Below, piece after piece: positions 36,309 to 38,633 of a stretch of DNA of 38,633 nucleotides. Position 1 is the first letter of the stretch. Every line of letters starts with the position of its first letter. Source of the DNA: Paraspadella gotoi. Taxonomy: Eukaryota; Animalia; Chaetognatha. The position numbers were made by a program, and so were the translations under genes. Location: positions 2,441-41,073 of the forward strand of contig JBJCIZ010000089.1 in assembly GCA_051294375.1 (NCBI GenBank), read 5' to 3'. Under the pieces are notes generated by a model. It had not been told where the DNA came from. It was given only the letters and a program-made list of their open reading frames with translations, and made no database searches.

Positions 36309-37730
36309 CCGTCACCGGGTGGATAAGCATCGTGGCTGCGGCGAGGGCTTCTTTGGCGGCGTCAAAGGCGCCAGTTCGTTCCGGCGTCCAATCCACCATC
36401 TTCGGTTGCGGACGGCCCCTTAGCGCCGCGTATAGTGGCGCCATCTTGTCCGCCGCGTTGGGGATGAAACGATGAAAAAAATTCAACATCCCGAGGAATC
36501 TCTGGAGGCCCTTCACTGACGCGGGGCGCGGAAACGCGCGGATAGCCGCCACCTTTGAAGGAAGCGGCTCCACCCCTTCTGCGTCAATCTTGTGGCCCAA
36601 GAAATCCAAAGAAGAGACTCCGAAAAGGCACTTTTCCTTCTTGACAACGAGACCATGCTTGACGAGGCGCTGGAAAAGGTTCCGAAGGTGTTCTTCATGC
36701 TGTTGGGCGTCTCTGGAAGCTATGAGGATGTCGTCTAAATAGACAAAAACTCCAGGGAGGCCGCGGCAGACTGAATCCATTATGCGTTGAAAAGCCTGAG
36801 CGCCGTTCAGGCCAAATGGCATCCGCAGGTACTCGTAAGAGCCAAAGGGAGTGATGATTGCCGTCTTTGGGATGTCTTCTGGCGCCACCGGTATCTGATG
36901 ATACCCTTTGAGAAGGTCTATTTTGCTGAACACCGTCATGCCTGCCAAGTCGGCGGAAAAATCGTGGAGATGCTTCACCGGGTAACGGTCGTCCGACGTC
37001 ACGGCGTTCAGGCGGCGGTAATCGCCGCAGGCGCAGAAACCGCCGTCGGCTTTGGGCACGACGTGAAGAGGCGATGCCCATGGGCTTGATGATGGGCGGA
37101 CGATGCCAAGTCGCTCCAGTTCAGCGAACTCGGCCTTCGCCGCCGCCAGCTTCTCCGGAGACAGCGCGCCTTGCTCTCGCGAAAACCGGATGACCTTGGG
37201 TCGGAATATGATGGACCACGCCATGACCCGGCGCGCGGGACGAGAAAGTGGGCGTCGTCAGTTCAGGGCAATCGTCGAGCAGTTTGATGAAGACATTGTT
37301 CACACTCCGGGCGGTGGACCCGCTCGTAGGCGACGGCGTTGGCGCTGCAGCGGATCGTTTCGAACGTCGTGGCGTCGACGAGCCTCTTGTGGCCCACGTC
37401 GACTAGGAGACCAGCGTCGCGACGTGGCGTCGAGGAAATCGGCGCCAAAATTGGCCGCGTCACGTCGGCTACGACAAAACGGCCAACTAAGTCTGACGTC
37501 GAGAGACGGAGAGTCATGGTCCTTGATCCGTAGGCGGGAATGGAGGAACCATTCGCCGCTCGTAGCGGCGTCGAGGCCCCGTTGGCCTTATCCCAGGCCG
37601 AGGCCGGCAAAAGACTGACCTCGGCACCCGTGTCGACGAGGAACTCGAGGCCGGAAGTATAATCCCGGACCAGGAGCAGAGATGAATCGCCGACCGACAT
37701 GCTCATTGCCGGCCGGCTCGGGCGTTTCCC
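36309..37730 (-). CDS. pol: Pol: aspartic protease and reverse transcriptase (a few frameshifts)
   Basis: FLVDTGAEVS (protease); SPWASPLHVVPK, DYRRLN, FSKIDLLKGYHQIP, RMPFGL, VYLDDILI and FLGH (RT). Confidence 0.93.
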
Positions 37731-38468
37731 GGCCTGATCTTCTTCTTCTTGTCGCCGGCCTTGTGGGTGCACGGCGGTTTGCAGCGCCGAGCTCCTTCGC
37801 CGAACTTGCGATGATACCAGCACATGTCCATGCCGGCTGCAGAGGCTGCGAAACAGTCTGGGCATTCTTCCGCCGTCAGACCATCGCGGGTTCCCTTTAC
37901 CGGGCATCAGTGGAGCTGAGCCAGCGCCGCGTCGGGAATCCGCGACTTCGTTGACCATGGGATGGCCATCAGCGTCAAAGTATTTCGCCGCCGCTTTGGC
38001 GAGCTCTTCGGCGCCACCCGGCGTCTGCGTGACAACGACGGCGACCTTCGGAGGGAGGGCCTTCAGTGTGAGGGCTTGCAGTAGGTCGTCAAGGTCCAAA
38101 CCCTCCGCGAGGGCCGAGATGCTTGTGAGGAAATCTCGGGGATGTTTGCCGCCGAGATTTGTAGAGGCCAGTAACTTCTCCGCCCTTTCCGCCTTGGTTG
38201 GCTTGTAAGCCTCGAGAAGGCGCGCCTTGAGGGCCCCGTATGGATCAGGCTTTGATTCCGGGGCATCGAGGAAAAAATCCCGGATTTTTCGCGCCACCTC
38301 CTCGTTCAGAGCCGTGACGACGTGGTGATATTTCGTCAATGAGACCGAGACGTTTTTGACGGCGAGTTGCGACTCCGCCCGGACAAACCAGAGATCGGCG
38401 TCGTTCGTCCAAAAATCCGGTAGTTTGACGGAGACGGCCGACGTCGAGGGAGATGGAGCGGCGGCCAT
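37703..38468 (-). CDS. gag: Gag (KLPxFW-type N-terminus; C-terminal CHCC zinc knuckle)
   Basis: VKLPDFWTNDADLWF..KYHHVVTAL..PYGALKARLL. CWYHRKFGEGARRCKPPC lies in an alternate frame at ~37775-37825 that ends PGNARAGRQ* (stop at 37703-37705). Confidence 0.85.
37724..37730 (-). promoter_or_regulatory. -1 ribosomal frameshift slippery heptamer G GGA AAC
   Basis: X XXY YYZ pattern in the gag frame shortly before its stop; the -1 frame continues into the protease. Confidence 0.75.
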
Positions 38469-38547
38469 GACCGACTTGGAGAAAACAGAGGACGGTCAAG
38501 GCGGTTGGCGGAGAAAAAAGAGAGTTACCCCTTAGATCTTTCTAGAT

Positions 38548-38633
38548 AGATCCCGTTTCACGGTCTTAAAAAAGACCTGGAACCATCGATTAAACAATCT
38601 TTAAGACAGATCCCGTGTCACGGTCTTAAAAAA
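38548..38633 (+). repeat. 60-bp-period repeat (AGATCCCGT(T/G)TCACGGTCTTAAAAAA) upstream of gag
   Basis: Copies at 38548 and 38608; truncated by the window edge. Confidence 0.6.

Larger units (their letters stand above)
28341..36333 (+). repeat. Direct duplicate of 18376-26494 (offset ~9.9 kb)
   Basis: Both copies start CCCGTGGCAACGAAAAT. Several ORF-track peptides are identical (22600/32505, 23568/33474, 24096/34002). Other blocks are indel-rich. Confidence 0.95.
34355..38520 (-). mobile_element. Near full-length Ty3/gypsy LTR retrotransposon (5' LTR and PBS not seen)
   Basis: Domain order gag-PR-RT-RH-IN; PPT GGGGGGGGCAG followed by TGAAG at 34576. Confidence 0.95.

Noticed and set aside
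34464-38208. Plus-strand ORFs over the gypsy element
   Set aside because: Antisense shadows of GC-rich coding sequence with no recognisable motifs.

Overview
AT-rich eukaryotic (probably invertebrate) DNA made almost entirely of nested mobile elements, with no intact host gene recognised. Main contents: (1) a GC-rich Ty3/gypsy LTR retrotransposon on the minus strand (gag, PR, RT, RH, IN at ~34.4-38.5 kb, plus a second RH-IN portion at 24.45-26.5 kb) with a GGGAAAC -1 frameshift site; (2) a 5'-truncated Penelope-like element (degenerate GIY-YIG endonuclease plus a minimal hammerhead ribozyme) bracketed by an ~80-bp direct repeat, and several dispersed hammerhead-bearing remnants of the same family with covarying stems; (3) a ~6.5-kb DNA-transposon-like element with ~0.9-kb terminal inverted repeats and no recognisable transposase, inserted into a 17-bp GGGATTCCTCCCACAC array, with the matching empty site present inverted at 26.5-28.3 kb; (4) several satellites, a Helentron/HINE-like end and a hAT-like end. 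Two large tandem duplications (5.3-10.5 kb vs 12.0-16.75 kb; 18.4-26.5 kb vs 28.3-36.3 kb) each abut a 25-N gap and differ largely by indels, so they are probably long-read gap-filling artefacts. Most ORFs in the track are spurious repeat translations. All alignments were made by eye, so boundaries are approximate.
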